Source: Longimicrobiales bacterium (GTDB taxonomy: Bacteria; Gemmatimonadota; Gemmatimonadetes; Longimicrobiales; Gaopeijiaceae). From it: 64,000 bases of DNA. Shown piece by piece: positions 11,401 to 20,772 of this stretch (its first letter is position 1; every line of letters begins with the position of its first letter). The position numbers and the translations under genes are program-made. The notes beneath the pieces were generated by a model that saw nothing but the letters and a program-made list of their open reading frames with translations, was not told the origin of the DNA and made no database searches. The stretch is from contig CBDFMQ010000002.1 of the NCBI GenBank assembly GCA_965249725.1, forward strand, positions 512,001 through 576,000. Direction: 5' to 3'.

Positions 11401-11714
11401 CCAATTTCCAGGTGCGGTTCACTCGACTCGTAGGGGAGCGCTTCCCGCTGAGGGAACAGGAACGACTCCTCTCTGCCGAGCAGGACCTCGAGGTCCGCCT
11501 CCGCATCGGTGGCCGCCTGCGGTGAGGGAGCGACGACCACGAGCACCCTGGACGTGAAGCGCTCGTGAAGTGCGGCCACGACGGCCGTGGAGGCGGAGCC
11601 GATGGCGCCGCCGAGTCGGCGACTCTGCCCGCGGCTGGGGAGTTGATCACACAGCTGCTCGAAGCCGGGGCACGTGCTGATCGCCCGAACGATGGGGTGG
11701 GGACTGCCGGACAC
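8403..11714 (-). CDS. mfd: Transcription-repair coupling factor
   Basis: UvrB-like RGGLLDIF, CarD/TRCF VVHMDHGVG, GDVGYGKT, DEEQRFG, TATPIPRT and QIRGRVGRS. Start GTG at 11714 follows the upstream stop. Confidence 0.97.
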   Translation of the reverse strand: MSGSPHPIVRAISTCPGFEQLCDQLPSRGQSRRLGGAIGSASTAVVAALHERFTSRVLVVVAPSPQAATDAEADLEVLLGREESFLFPQREALPYESSEPHLEIGGLRVEAVEALLGGRARLMVTTLRALQERAPIPAGLAELRVTLRTGQEPGFQQVVQDLDERGFERVSLVEEVGQYAVRGGLLDIFSFGTAEPFRVEFWGDEIVSLRFFDILDQRSKESIEEVHILPVDFHRERDDDDVVSRSLLELLPADSLLLRFGAADWSAELTRTWNHVCRLHDELEAEGNAPDGPETLFVEPREAEERLSGLARVEVSPESSDTLELACVPPPTIDRDMSRLGSALRAASGMGQKTLVLCDNRGQCDRLEEILGGPRKIPPGANVVVGSLAAGFVLECADPPLQVLTDHEIFRRSRRVRRSRRFRGAVALESLSQLSPGDHVVHMDHGVGVFRGLERIAVAGKELESMAIEYAGGEILRVPVYRLDQVERWVGESETAKAPAVHRIGGKRWKTLKRKTTEAIEKMTVELLQLYATRSTVSGFAFSPDTLWQKEMESSFLYEDTPDQRLATEDVKRDMESSGPMDRLICGDVGYGKTEIAIRAAFKAIQDGKQVALLAPTTILVEQHRHTFEERLADYPVKIGALSRFRTPKEQKAILEGLKTGEIDIVLGTHRLLSKDVELSRLGLLIVDEEQRFGVRHKERLKQLRSSVDVLTLTATPIPRTLYLSLTGIRDLSLIRTPPRDRMPIITTLVPWSDQIIAEALQRELDRGGQAFFLHNLVSTIHGAAERVRALAPEARVYVAHGQMTPRELDRVMRDFVDGEIDVLVCSSIIENGLDVPNANTLVVNRADHFGLSQLYQIRGRVGRSDRRAYCYLIVPNDLNDEAERRLRVLEHYTELGSGYSVALRDMELRGAGNLLGGDQSGFTHAIGIDAYMRLLEQTVKRLKEGEVEHEHPHPEITMAGSAYLPEDYIADSGQKLHLYRRLSKLTRIAEVDALREELEDRFGAPPKEVERLLDAAGLRILGRKLGVERILLRKGEARVNFRSSAMPRLAVLEGPLRDHHVEVEVRRMAPLSLALQQAGPDTLVSTLILALSTLLNTRSEAA

Positions 11715-11716
11715 GG

Positions 11717-13666
11717 TCAGGCCGGTGTCGGATCCTGGGACGTGTGGGTGGCGTGGGCGGGGGCAGAGCCTACGGCACCGGGTCCGGAGGCCGCCACAAG
11801 GCTCTCGGACAGGAGTACGAGCACCAGGGCGGCCAGCAGCCATCGCCAGATCTCGGGTCCCTGACCGGTCGAGAACAGCGATCGGCTCCATCTCGCGCTG
11901 TCGGACACCACGGTCAGCGGTCCGGGTACGAGGGCCTCCAGATCGTCTGCCTCGATGGGTGCCAGCACCGATTCGGACGGGGGTGCGTTGACCGCCACGA
12001 GGCTCACGACGGAGTCGCTCTGGAGGATCTCGTACAGGCCGGTCCACTGGGTAGCACGGAACGGCTGTGCTGCGTCGACGGGGTGGAGGCCTCCCAGGGG
12101 ATCTCTGATCGCGGTGGCCTCGGCCGGGGTAGCGATGGCACTCCCCGCGACCAATGCCTCCGATCCGGAGTCCGGGCTCCCCCAACGGGCCACGATCCAC
12201 TCCAAGAGGGGGACCATGGCCGCCGTCACTGCCAGGTTGGTCGATTCCGGCTCCAGATCCGAGGCCAACAAGAGGTATGGGCCCCTCGCCGTCGCGCCTT
12301 CGACCAACCAGGGCTCTCCCGAGGAAAGGTGAGCCAGCACACCCGTCTGGAGTCCGGCATCGCTCGGAGTGAGCAAGAAATGCGACCGGATGCGGACCTC
12401 GCTCAGGTCCACCGGACCGGTCCACTCGGTCACGCTCGCTTCGCCTCGCCCGTCGGTAAGGTCGTATCGCCATGGAATGCCGGCCGCGGCGAGGGTGCGG
12501 TTGAGGCCGGGAAGGAGCGTCACGTCAGCCGGCGGCAGGATCACGGTCGCGCGCCTCACTCCCGTGGCCTCCGTGACCGCGGCGCCGGCCACACTGACCA
12601 GTACTTCCGCGTCTCGCGTCGGGGTCACGCGAATCCGACCGGCGTCGGTCAGGACGGGGAATGCTTCGTCGAGAAAGAACGAAGAGGCCCCGGTGGTGGC
12701 CACGGTGGGAGGTGTCCTCACCTCGAACGTGAAGTAGCGGCGGTCGTCTCCACGCAGGTCGTCCGGATCACTCTCCACATATCCGTTGACGCGACCGATG
12801 GAGAAGGGCCCGAGGGGCAGTATCGTCGATCCGCCCGACCGGGCTGTCGTCGCCCCGCGAATACGGTTCCCGACCACGAGCCGGAGGGGTACGCCCTCGG
12901 CATCGTCCGCACCCGACACTCGCACCGAAAGACGAGTGCGCTGATTCGCCAGAGGCGGGAGTCCGCCTCCGATCATCAAGCTGTCTAGATGTGCGTTCGG
13001 GGGGGTCGGCGCACCCTCGTCGAAAGCGACCACAGGGATGCCCCCGGCCACCGACGTCGGAGGTGTACCCGTAAAGGCCGACGCCTGCATGTCGGAGACC
13101 AGGTGGATCTCGCTCGCGGGCAGGTCCGTGCCGGACACCAGCCCGCCGGCCCTCTCGAGAGCCGCGAGGAGATCACCGCTGGCGTCGGTGACCTCGGTGG
13201 CCCCTATGGCGTCCCGCAGTTCCGCTCGGGAACCCGTGACGGCCACGTCCCAAGGCTGACCGGCGCGAATGAGCCATACCTGGTCCTCATCGCTCGCACC
13301 GTCGACGCTCTTCAATGCCACCGCCTTGAGCAGATCGAGGACGCGATCGCCCCCTCGAATGAGCCCGGAGCTCATGGAGTTGTCGAGCACGATGACCGCG
13401 GCCGTGGGATCGTGAACGCCGCCTCCGCCTCTCAGGAAGGGTCGGGCACCGGCCAGCACAAGCAGCAGGATGGCGGCCGTGCGGAGGATAAGGAGCAGCA
13501 GCTGGCGAAGCCGGATCGTTCGCGCGTGCTCCTTCTCGGTCCGCAGGAGGTAGCGGAGAGCCGGAAAGGCCATACGGCGTGCGTCGTGTCGGTGGAAGAG
13601 GTGCAGAATCAACGGCACCGCGACAGCCAACCCGGCCAAGAGGAAGACCGGTGAAAGGAAGCCCAT
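11717..13666 (-). CDS. BatA N-terminal double-TM / vWA domain membrane protein
   Basis: MGFLSPVFLLAGLAVAVPLILHL...FPALRYL (BatA N-terminus), MIDAS-like DNSMSS, VAVNAPPSES and C-terminal TM EIWRWLL. Confidence 0.85.
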   Translation of the reverse strand: MGFLSPVFLLAGLAVAVPLILHLFHRHDARRMAFPALRYLLRTEKEHARTIRLRQLLLLILRTAAILLLVLAGARPFLRGGGGVHDPTAAVIVLDNSMSSGLIRGGDRVLDLLKAVALKSVDGASDEDQVWLIRAGQPWDVAVTGSRAELRDAIGATEVTDASGDLLAALERAGGLVSGTDLPASEIHLVSDMQASAFTGTPPTSVAGGIPVVAFDEGAPTPPNAHLDSLMIGGGLPPLANQRTRLSVRVSGADDAEGVPLRLVVGNRIRGATTARSGGSTILPLGPFSIGRVNGYVESDPDDLRGDDRRYFTFEVRTPPTVATTGASSFFLDEAFPVLTDAGRIRVTPTRDAEVLVSVAGAAVTEATGVRRATVILPPADVTLLPGLNRTLAAAGIPWRYDLTDGRGEASVTEWTGPVDLSEVRIRSHFLLTPSDAGLQTGVLAHLSSGEPWLVEGATARGPYLLLASDLEPESTNLAVTAAMVPLLEWIVARWGSPDSGSEALVAGSAIATPAEATAIRDPLGGLHPVDAAQPFRATQWTGLYEILQSDSVVSLVAVNAPPSESVLAPIEADDLEALVPGPLTVVSDSARWSRSLFSTGQGPEIWRWLLAALVLVLLSESLVAASGPGAVGSAPAHATHTSQDPTPA

Positions 13667-14601
13667 CAGCCCAGATGCTCCCGCTTCCGGAGATAGAACC
13701 GCAGGGCCCTGGACAGGGGAGTCTCGGTCCCGACCACGACGTAGTCGATGCCGTGCGGCCGGAGTCCACGATCCCACTCCGCGAGGGCGTCCTTCACGGC
13801 ATCCCTGTAGGCAGAACGCACGTCGGCCACATTGACGTTCAGTTCTTCCGCGGTCTCGGGATCGTAGAAGCGGGCATCACCCGCGGCGGGGAGCTCTCGC
13901 TCGCCGGGATCGATGAGATGGAAGACGAGCACTTCGTGTCCCTGGTGGCGGAGGAAGCGAAGGGCCGTACGTGTCGTCTCGGGGTCGACCAGGAGGTCCG
14001 AGAGGAGCACCACGAGTCCGGCTCGCCGCAGACGGACGGCGATGTCTCGCAGCGCCGAATGTGCCGAAGTGAGACCCTCTGCTTCGAGGGGCGCCAGACG
14101 TCTGAGGATCTCATGCCAATAGCGCTGGCCTCCGCGAGGCACGACGCGGGCCACGATCTCGTCGTGGAAGGCAGCCAGGCCGACCGAATCTCCCTGACGC
14201 AGGAGGATCAGCGCGAGCGAGGCGGCAAGGTGTTTGGCGTACCACAGCTTGGTGGGGAGTGTGTCCGGGTTCGAACTCCAACCCATGGACGTGCTCACGT
14301 CCACGAGAATATACGCCCGAAGATTGGTCTCCTCCTGGAACTGCTTCACGTAGTAGCGATCGGACCGGCCGAACATACGCCAGTCGATGTGGCGAAGGTC
14401 GTCGCCGGGCTGGTAGGCCCTCAACTCCGCGAACTCCGCCGAGAATCCACGGTGAGGCGAGCGATGGAGCCCCATGATGAACCCCTCGACCACCTGACGG
14501 GCGATGAGTTCCACGCCCCCGAGCTGGGAGAGAGTCTGGGGATCCATCAGGTCGGGCCGAGAGCGGAGCCGGCTCGCCGCCTTCGAGGTGAAGTCAGTCA
14601 T
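13666..14601 (-). CDS. DUF58 family vWA-like protein (MoxR-associated)
   Basis: GLHRSPHRGFSAEFAELRAYQPGDDLRHIDW, KQFQEETN and DVSTSM motifs. Confidence 0.92.
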   Translation of the reverse strand: MTDFTSKAASRLRSRPDLMDPQTLSQLGGVELIARQVVEGFIMGLHRSPHRGFSAEFAELRAYQPGDDLRHIDWRMFGRSDRYYVKQFQEETNLRAYILVDVSTSMGWSSNPDTLPTKLWYAKHLAASLALILLRQGDSVGLAAFHDEIVARVVPRGGQRYWHEILRRLAPLEAEGLTSAHSALRDIAVRLRRAGLVVLLSDLLVDPETTRTALRFLRHQGHEVLVFHLIDPGERELPAAGDARFYDPETAEELNVNVADVRSAYRDAVKDALAEWDRGLRPHGIDYVVVGTETPLSRALRFYLRKREHLG

Positions 14602-14635
14602 GGCGCCACACTAGCGGGTCGCCGGAGAAAGGCAA
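14602..14635 (-). promoter_or_regulatory. Candidate sigma70 promoter giving a leaderless DUF58 mRNA
   Basis: TTGCCT-N16-TAGTGT-N6-ATG with no SD. Confidence 0.45.
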
Positions 14636-14753
14636 TGGGTAGTGGCGACGACGGGGAGGGGTGTCTCCGCTCTCTCCCGGGGGCCGTCCACTTTTTCGGA
14701 CGAATCGGGGCTCCCGGCGGGTCGTTTACCGCTTAGATAAAGGGATTCTGCGC

Positions 14754-14768
14754 TGGCACGAGTCCTGC
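14754..14768 (+). promoter_or_regulatory. Candidate sigma54 (-24/-12) promoter
   Basis: TGGCACGAGTCCTGC fits TGGCAC-N5-(T/C)TGC, 40 nt upstream of the DUF4384 gene. Confidence 0.6.
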
Positions 14769-14808
14769 CAACTCCACGGATGGGGGATGGGTGTTCTAGG
14801 AGGAGCAT

Positions 14809-16026
14809 ATGTGGATCACAGGAGTTGTCATTGCACTGGCGGCCCTCAGCGGCGGCCCGGAGCCCTGGGACCTGGCCCGGCTCGCGAGCTATCGGCATCA
14901 GGAGCCGGTGCCCGAGGCGAGAATCTGGTTCAACAGGGGTGTTGATCCGGTGCTGCGCAGGGGCGAACGCGTGCGTGTCTACTACCGATCCACCGTGAAC
15001 GCGTACGTGGCGATTCTGCAAGTCGATACGGATGGCACGGTGCGGCTGATGTATCCGCGGTCTCCCAGTGAGAACCACTACGCTCGCGCGCACCGAGACT
15101 ACCGACTGCTCTTCCCCCGGTCCTCCTACTGGAACGTGGGCGATCGCCCGGGCATGGGGTACTTCTTCATCGTCCCGTCTCCCAGGCCATTCGATTTCTC
15201 GGATTTCCGATACTCCTACTACGGCGGTGGATGGGATCTGTCGGTCGTCGGCAACCGGGTCTATAAGGACCCCTATGTGGCCATGGACGACTATGTCGCG
15301 CGGCTCATCCCGGACTGGGAGTATGCGGTGTACGGACTCGACTTCGTCTCCTACAGCGTCGGAGCGCCACACCAATACCCGCGCTTCCTCTGCTACGACT
15401 GCCACGGGTTCAAGCCGTTCAACATTTGGGACCCGTATCGCTACACCTGCACGAACTTCAGGGTCGTGGTCTACGACGATCCCTACTTCTATCCCTCGCG
15501 ACGTTACCGGGGTGATAGGGTGGTCTTCGTGGGCGGGAGTGTGCCGAGCGGTCCGCGCTTCGGATTCAAGGAGCGGGCGCGTGGCGAACCGGGCACGCCT
15601 GTGGTCCGGCGGGTTCCGCCCCGAGGATCTGACGACCATTCGGGAATCGCCGACGGGACGCGCGGTCGGGCGGTCCCGCGCGGCGGGGCGGGGGCCCCCG
15701 AGGCCCGACGCCCGAGTGGTGTGCGGGACGCCTCACCCGGTGACCCGGGAGCGCGAGTGCGGCCCCCGGCGAGGCGGCCGGTACTGGAGAGGCGTCCGCC
15801 AGCCGGGGCCCGTCCATCGGATGGGGCGAGGGCGACGCCCGGACGCCGGGTAGAGCCCACTCGCCCAGGGTCCGGGCGGGTGACACCCCCGCCGGCGGTG
15901 CGTAAACCCCCGACGAGGTCGTCACCGCCGGCGGTGCGGAGAGCGCCGTCCAGGTCATCGCCTCCTTCCGTGCGGAAAGCCCCGGCCAGGGCCAAACCGG
16001 CACGACCACGTCGACCCGGCGGCTGA
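14809..16026 (+). CDS. Exported DUF4384-domain protein with a CxxCH motif and an Arg/Pro-rich tail
   Basis: GGAGG SD, hydrophobic N-terminus, DUF4384-like (GERVRVYYR...[19 protein letters not shown]), Tyr-rich middle containing CYDCH, low-complexity C-terminus. Confidence 0.75.
   Translation: MWITGVVIALAALSGGPEPWDLARLASYRHQEPVPEARIWFNRGVDPVLRRGERVRVYYRSTVNAYVAILQVDTDGTVRLMYPRSPSENHYARAHRDYRLLFPRSSYWNVGDRPGMGYFFIVPSPRPFDFSDFRYSYYGGGWDLSVVGNRVYKDPYVAMDDYVARLIPDWEYAVYGLDFVSYSVGAPHQYPRFLCYDCHGFKPFNIWDPYRYTCTNFRVVVYDDPYFYPSRRYRGDRVVFVGGSVPSGPRFGFKERARGEPGTPVVRRVPPRGSDDHSGIADGTRGRAVPRGGAGAPEARRPSGVRDASPGDPGARVRPPARRPVLERRPPAGARPSDGARATPGRRVEPTRPGSGRVTPPPAVRKPPTRSSPPAVRRAPSRSSPPSVRKAPARAKPARPRRPGG
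15889..15996 (+). repeat. Three imperfect 36-bp coding repeats
   Basis: Encode [12 protein letters not shown] / [12 protein letters not shown] / [12 protein letters not shown]. Confidence 0.75.
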
Positions 16027-16042
16027 ATCGGGAGGACGCATC

Positions 16043-16096
16043 GAGGAGCTTCACGGGAGGAGCTTCACGGGAGGGGCTTCAGGGAGGGGCTTCAGG
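16043..16096. repeat. Intergenic tandem repeat, 4 units of 14/13 bp
   Basis: GAGGAGCTTCACGG x2 followed by GAGGGGCTTCAGG x2. Confidence 0.85.
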
Positions 16097-16131
16097 GGGC
16101 GGACGGCGCGAGCCTCCGCCCCGTCTTCTTT
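16096..16131 (+). terminator. Probable intrinsic terminator
   Basis: GGGGCGGA(C)GGC-GCGA-GCCTCCGCCCC hairpin followed by GTCTTCTTT. Confidence 0.6.
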
Positions 16132-16201
16132 GGTCCATTCGCCCCGATTATCTTCATGCGTTCAGCTACAGCCCGACCCTCTAGGTGGAATCGCCGCACC
16201 G

Positions 16202-18004
16202 GTGGACCTCGACCACATCCGCAACTTCTGCATCATCGCGCACATCGATCATGGCAAGTCGACCTTGGCCGATCGCTTGCTCGAGGAGACGAGCACCCTC
16301 AGCGCGCGTGATATGCGGGACCAGGTGCTGGACTCCAACGAGTTGGAGCGGGAGCGGGGCATCACCATCAAGCTCCATGCGGTGCGTATGGACTACACCG
16401 CCGAGGACGGCGACGCGTATGTGCTGAACCTCATCGATACGCCCGGGCACGTAGACTTTTCGTACGAGGTCTCGCGGTCGCTCGCGGCCTGCGAAGGCGC
16501 GATCCTGGTGGTCGACGCGACCCAAGGGATCCAGGCGCAGACGCTGTCGAACCTCTTCCTCGCCATGGAGGCCGACCTCGAGGTCATCCCGGTCATCAAC
16601 AAGATCGACCTCCTGGGGGCCGAGCCGGAGCGAAGGCAGGAAGAGGTCGCAGACCTGCTCGGTATCGAGCCCTCGCGGATACTCATGGCCAGTGCCAAGG
16701 AGGGGCTCGGAATCAAGCCCATTCTGGAGGAGGTGGTTCATCAGGTGCCGCCACCCGTAGGAGATGCCGCAGCGCCTCTTCGGGCGTTGATCTTCGACTC
16801 CTCGTATGACCAGTACCAGGGTGCCGTCCCCAACGTGAGGATCGTAGACGGAGTGCTGAAGGCCGGGATGTCCATCACCTTCGGCGCGGTCGACCAGAGC
16901 TACGAGGTCACAGAGGTGGGCTTCATGCGCCTCGGGCGGGTGCCACGGCTCGACCTGACGCCGGGCGAGGTCGGTTACGTCATCGCGACCATCAAGGACG
17001 TGGGCCACACGCGTGTCGGCGACACGGTCCTGGACGCGGACAACGAGGCTGCGCAGCTCCTGGAGGGGTACAAAGACGTCCACTCCATGGTCTTCGCGGG
17101 GCTTTACCCCACGGATGCGGACGACTACGAGAGCCTCCGGGACGCTCTGGATCGCCTCAAGCTCAACGACGCGAGCCTGCACTACGTCGCCGAGACGTCC
17201 GTTGCGCTGGGCTTCGGCTTCCGCTGCGGATTCCTTGGACTTCTCCATATGGAGATCATCCAGGAGCGGCTCGATCGAGAGTTCGGCGTGGATCTCATCA
17301 CCACCGTGCCCAACGTGGAGTACCGCGTGAGCATGACCGACGGTAGCGAGATGACCATCGAGAACCCCACCGCGCTTCCGGAACGGGGTCGCATCTCCTC
17401 CGTCTCGGAGCCGATCGTGCTGGCTCGCATCGTGTGTCCCTCCGAGTACATCGGGAACGTGCAGAAGCTCTGCCACGACCGACGCGGGATCTTCAGAGGG
17501 ATGCAGTACCTGGACACGGAGAGGGTGGAGATCGAGTTCGAGCTGCCCTTGGCCGAGATCGTCCTGGACTTCTACGACAAGCTCAAGGGTGGGACCCGCG
17601 GGTATGCGGCGCTGGACTACGAGTTCCTCGAGTTCCGACCGCACGACCTGGTCAAGCTCGACATTCTGGTCAACAGCGACCCCGTGGATGCGTTCTCCGT
17701 GATCATCCATGAGGAGAAGGCCGCCGAGTATGGTCGCGACCTGGTGCGCCGCCTCAAGAAGCTGATCCCGCGCCAGCAGTTCGAGGTGGCCCTACAGGCC
17801 GCCATCGGTACCCAGATCGTGGCCCGCTCGAACGTGAAGGCCCTCCGCAAGAACGTGACCGCGAAGTGCTACGGCGGTGACATCACGAGGAAACGGAAGC
17901 TCCTTGAGAAGCAGAAGGCCGGAAAGAAGCGGATGAAGCAGGTCGGGGCGGTCGAGATCCCTCAGGAAGCCTTCTTGGCGGTGCTGCAGCTCGGCGACTC
18001 ATGA
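16202..18004 (+). CDS. lepA: Translation elongation factor 4 (LepA)
   Basis: [31 protein letters not shown] and [18 protein letters not shown] motifs. Confidence 0.98.
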   Translation: MDLDHIRNFCIIAHIDHGKSTLADRLLEETSTLSARDMRDQVLDSNELERERGITIKLHAVRMDYTAEDGDAYVLNLIDTPGHVDFSYEVSRSLAACEGAILVVDATQGIQAQTLSNLFLAMEADLEVIPVINKIDLLGAEPERRQEEVADLLGIEPSRILMASAKEGLGIKPILEEVVHQVPPPVGDAAAPLRALIFDSSYDQYQGAVPNVRIVDGVLKAGMSITFGAVDQSYEVTEVGFMRLGRVPRLDLTPGEVGYVIATIKDVGHTRVGDTVLDADNEAAQLLEGYKDVHSMVFAGLYPTDADDYESLRDALDRLKLNDASLHYVAETSVALGFGFRCGFLGLLHMEIIQERLDREFGVDLITTVPNVEYRVSMTDGSEMTIENPTALPERGRISSVSEPIVLARIVCPSEYIGNVQKLCHDRRGIFRGMQYLDTERVEIEFELPLAEIVLDFYDKLKGGTRGYAALDYEFLEFRPHDLVKLDILVNSDPVDAFSVIIHEEKAAEYGRDLVRRLKKLIPRQQFEVALQAAIGTQIVARSNVKALRKNVTAKCYGGDITRKRKLLEKQKAGKKRMKQVGAVEIPQEAFLAVLQLGDS

Positions 18005-18888
18005 GCGGCGACGGAGAGGCTTCCACGCCCGAGCCCTTGCCCCAAACATCCTTAGGTGGCCTGTCGGTCATCCTCACCACGTATGAACAGCCCCGGGCGC
18101 TCGAACTCGTGCTCTGGGGGTACGCCCGCCAGACCTTCACCGACTTCGAGGTTGTGGTGGCGGATGATGGTTCCGGGCCGGAGACGGGCCGCGTCATCGA
18201 GAGAATCGGCGAGGAGACCCCCCTCACCATCCAACGGGTGTGGCACGAGGACCGCGGGTTTCGAAAGACCGAGATCCTGAATCGGGCCGTCGTGGCCGCG
18301 TCGGGAGACTATCTCGTCTTCTCGGACGGGGACTGCATTCCACGGGAGGACTTCTTGGAAGTGCACATGAGGGAGGCTCGCCCATCCACGTTTCTCTCGG
18401 GCGGATACCTCAAGCTCCCGCGAGAACTCTCCGAGGCCATGACCCCCGAAGACGTACGCTCGGGGCACGTCTTCAAACGCTCGTGGTTGCGGGCGAAGGG
18501 CTGGAGGGGAGGACGCCGTCAGCTGCGACTGTCCCGGTCCGCGAGGCTCGGATCGTTCCTGGACCGGGTCACCACCACGCGCCCTACCTGGAACGGGCAC
18601 AACGCCTCGACCTGGAAGAGCTCCGTGGTGGCCGTGAACGGCTACGACATGGATATGGGGTACGGAGGACTGGATCGGGCCTTGGGCGAGCGCCTCGTCA
18701 ACCTCGGGGTCTCGGGTCGGCAGATCCGTCATCGGGCTCCTTGCCTCCACCTGTGGCATCCCAGGCCGTATCGCACTCCGGACGTGGTGGCAGCGAACCT
18801 CGCGATCCGAGATCGAATTCGAGCGGACCGGCAGGTGCGTGCTAGAGTCGGGATCGCCGAACTCGAAGACGTGGCATCCGATGTCTGA
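18001..18888 (+). CDS. Glycosyltransferase family 2
   Basis: SVILTTY, VVADDGS, FSDGDC (DxD) and HLWH motifs; ATGA overlap with lepA. Confidence 0.9.
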   Translation: MSGDGEASTPEPLPQTSLGGLSVILTTYEQPRALELVLWGYARQTFTDFEVVVADDGSGPETGRVIERIGEETPLTIQRVWHEDRGFRKTEILNRAVVAASGDYLVFSDGDCIPREDFLEVHMREARPSTFLSGGYLKLPRELSEAMTPEDVRSGHVFKRSWLRAKGWRGGRRQLRLSRSARLGSFLDRVTTTRPTWNGHNASTWKSSVVAVNGYDMDMGYGGLDRALGERLVNLGVSGRQIRHRAPCLHLWHPRPYRTPDVVAANLAIRDRIRADRQVRARVGIAELEDVASDV

Positions 18889-19882
18889 GGTGGCCCCCAA
18901 ACGCCTCGGCGTGCTCGGTACGCTCGTGTGGGACACCATCCGGCACAGGGACAGCCGCAGCGAGCCCGTCGAGGAGTGGGGAGGGATCGCCTACGCGCTG
19001 GCCGCCCTGGAAGCTGCGCTGACGCCCGAGTGGGAGGTCGTACCGATCATCAAGATCGGATCAGACCTCTCCGAGGCGGCGTGGCGTTTCCTTCGGGAAT
19101 TCCCGCGCATGGACGTGGAGACAGCCGTTCGCGTCGTGCCGGATCCGAGCAACCGGGTCGAGCTCGTCTACTCCGGGAACGAGCGTCGCAGCGAACGGTT
19201 GACCGGTGGAGTACCCCCGTGGCTGTGGGCGGAGTTGGGCCCGCTGGTGGGCACCTGCGACGCCCTCTACGTCAACTTCATCTCCGGGTTCGAAATGGAG
19301 CTGGATACGGCGCGGGCGTTACGGAGTGCCTTTCGAGGTCCGACCTACGCAGACCTTCACTCCCTGTTCCTGGGCGTCGGGCGGAGCGGCATGCGTATTC
19401 CCCAGGAGCTCCCGTCCTGGGGGGCATGGCTGCGCTGCTTCGATGCCGTCCAGATGAACGAAGAGGAGTTCGATCTGTTGGGTCGGGCGATGGGTGACCC
19501 GTGGAACCTCGCGGCTCAAGTGGTGGGTCCTGAGCTGAAGCTCATCGCCGTGACTTTGGGTCCGAAGGGAGCGGGCTACGTGGCTGGAGCCGGGTTCGAC
19601 AGTGATCCGACCAGTTGGCCCGAGACACGGCATCGGGTCGCGGCACCCGGGCCGGCACGCAGCGGTCGCACGCTCTCCGAGACGGGGGAATTGCAGGGTG
19701 ACCCCACTGGCTGTGGTGACGTCTGGGGAGCTACTTTCTTTGCCCGCCTTCTGGGAGGAAACGAGCTTCAAGGCGCGATGACGCAGGCGAACCGGATGGC
19801 ATCCAGGAACGTGGAACACAGAGGTGCCGGCGGCTTGGACAACCACCTGAGAGGCCGGCTCTCCGCCCAGAGGAACACATGA
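18881..19882 (+). CDS. PfkB/ribokinase-family carbohydrate kinase
   Basis: GGIAYA, QMNEEE, VTLGPKGA and DPTGCGD (PfkB anion-hole signature). Confidence 0.85.
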   Translation: MSEVAPKRLGVLGTLVWDTIRHRDSRSEPVEEWGGIAYALAALEAALTPEWEVVPIIKIGSDLSEAAWRFLREFPRMDVETAVRVVPDPSNRVELVYSGNERRSERLTGGVPPWLWAELGPLVGTCDALYVNFISGFEMELDTARALRSAFRGPTYADLHSLFLGVGRSGMRIPQELPSWGAWLRCFDAVQMNEEEFDLLGRAMGDPWNLAAQVVGPELKLIAVTLGPKGAGYVAGAGFDSDPTSWPETRHRVAAPGPARSGRTLSETGELQGDPTGCGDVWGATFFARLLGGNELQGAMTQANRMASRNVEHRGAGGLDNHLRGRLSAQRNT

Positions 19883-20772
19883 GGGTCATCGATCTTCCGG
19901 GCTCCCTCGACTTCCAGACCTACGATGCGCTACTCGCGGAGGTCGTGGAGGCGGGCGGGACGAAGATCCTGTTCGACGGACGGCACCTCCGCTGGATTGG
20001 ACCCAACGGCATGGTGAACCTTCTGGCCGCCGGTTCCGTCGCTCGGGATCGGGCCGGAGAGGAACCCCATCTGGAACTGGCCGACGTCGGTGACGTGAAG
20101 AGCTACCTGGAGCGGATGGGTTTCTTCCAGGCGGCGGAGGGCGTGTTCGATCTCGGCAAGGCCCCCCACAAACGTGCGGCCGGAGAGTCCGACGTTCTGC
20201 TCGAGATCACGCCGATCACGACGAACAGCGACGTCCACGAAGTCGTGGATCGCGTGCAGAAACGGGCCGGTGCCATCCTCTCAAAGACCCTGGGATATCC
20301 ACTGACCAGCGTCGTGCAGTTCAGCGTGATCCTCAGCGAAGTGTGTCAGAACATCATCGAGCACGCCGAGGCCTCGGGGTGGGTCGCGGCGCAGTCGTAC
20401 AATTGGTCCCAGCGGCTCGGTCGCCAGGTCGTCATCATCTCCGTGTCGGACCTGGGCCGTGGCTTCCGAGGCTCGCTGGCCGACGAACATTCAGCCCGCT
20501 TCGCCGATCGCTGGGGTGATGCCACCGCACTCAAGGCTGCGTTTATCCATGGGCTAACACGCTTTCCTGATTCGGGCCGGGGGCAGGGGATCCAACAGAT
20601 CCGAAAACAGGTTCGACGTTGGGACGGCATGATCTCCATTCGCAGTGGCACGGCTCGCATCGCCGATGTACCCGAGTGGTTCGATTCGCCCCCGCTGGAG
20701 GAGGGCCTACCCGACTTCCCCGGGACCCAGATCAACATCATTCTCCCGGAGCGTATCGCCGATGAGGCATGA
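19879..20772 (+). CDS. STAS-like N-terminal domain plus GHKL/HATPase (anti-sigma kinase-like) protein
   Basis: N box SEVCQNIIEHA, G1 SDLGRGF, G2 GRGQG and GTQINI. The N-terminus resembles STAS (LPGSLD...LFDGRHLRWIGPNG...YLERMGFF). Confidence 0.75.
   Translation: MRVIDLPGSLDFQTYDALLAEVVEAGGTKILFDGRHLRWIGPNGMVNLLAAGSVARDRAGEEPHLELADVGDVKSYLERMGFFQAAEGVFDLGKAPHKRAAGESDVLLEITPITTNSDVHEVVDRVQKRAGAILSKTLGYPLTSVVQFSVILSEVCQNIIEHAEASGWVAAQSYNWSQRLGRQVVIISVSDLGRGFRGSLADEHSARFADRWGDATALKAAFIHGLTRFPDSGRGQGIQQIRKQVRRWDGMISIRSGTARIADVPEWFDSPPLEEGLPDFPGTQINIILPERIADEA

Noticed and set aside
11715..12473. 253-aa N-terminal extension of Mfd in the ORF track
   Set aside because: It overlaps the BatA/vWA gene in another frame. 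GTG at 11714 gives a normal-length Mfd. The same applies to the extensions on holB, envC and the dehydratase.
16043..16096. Possible CRISPR array
   Set aside because: The units are 13-14 bp, directly adjacent with no spacers, and there are no cas genes.
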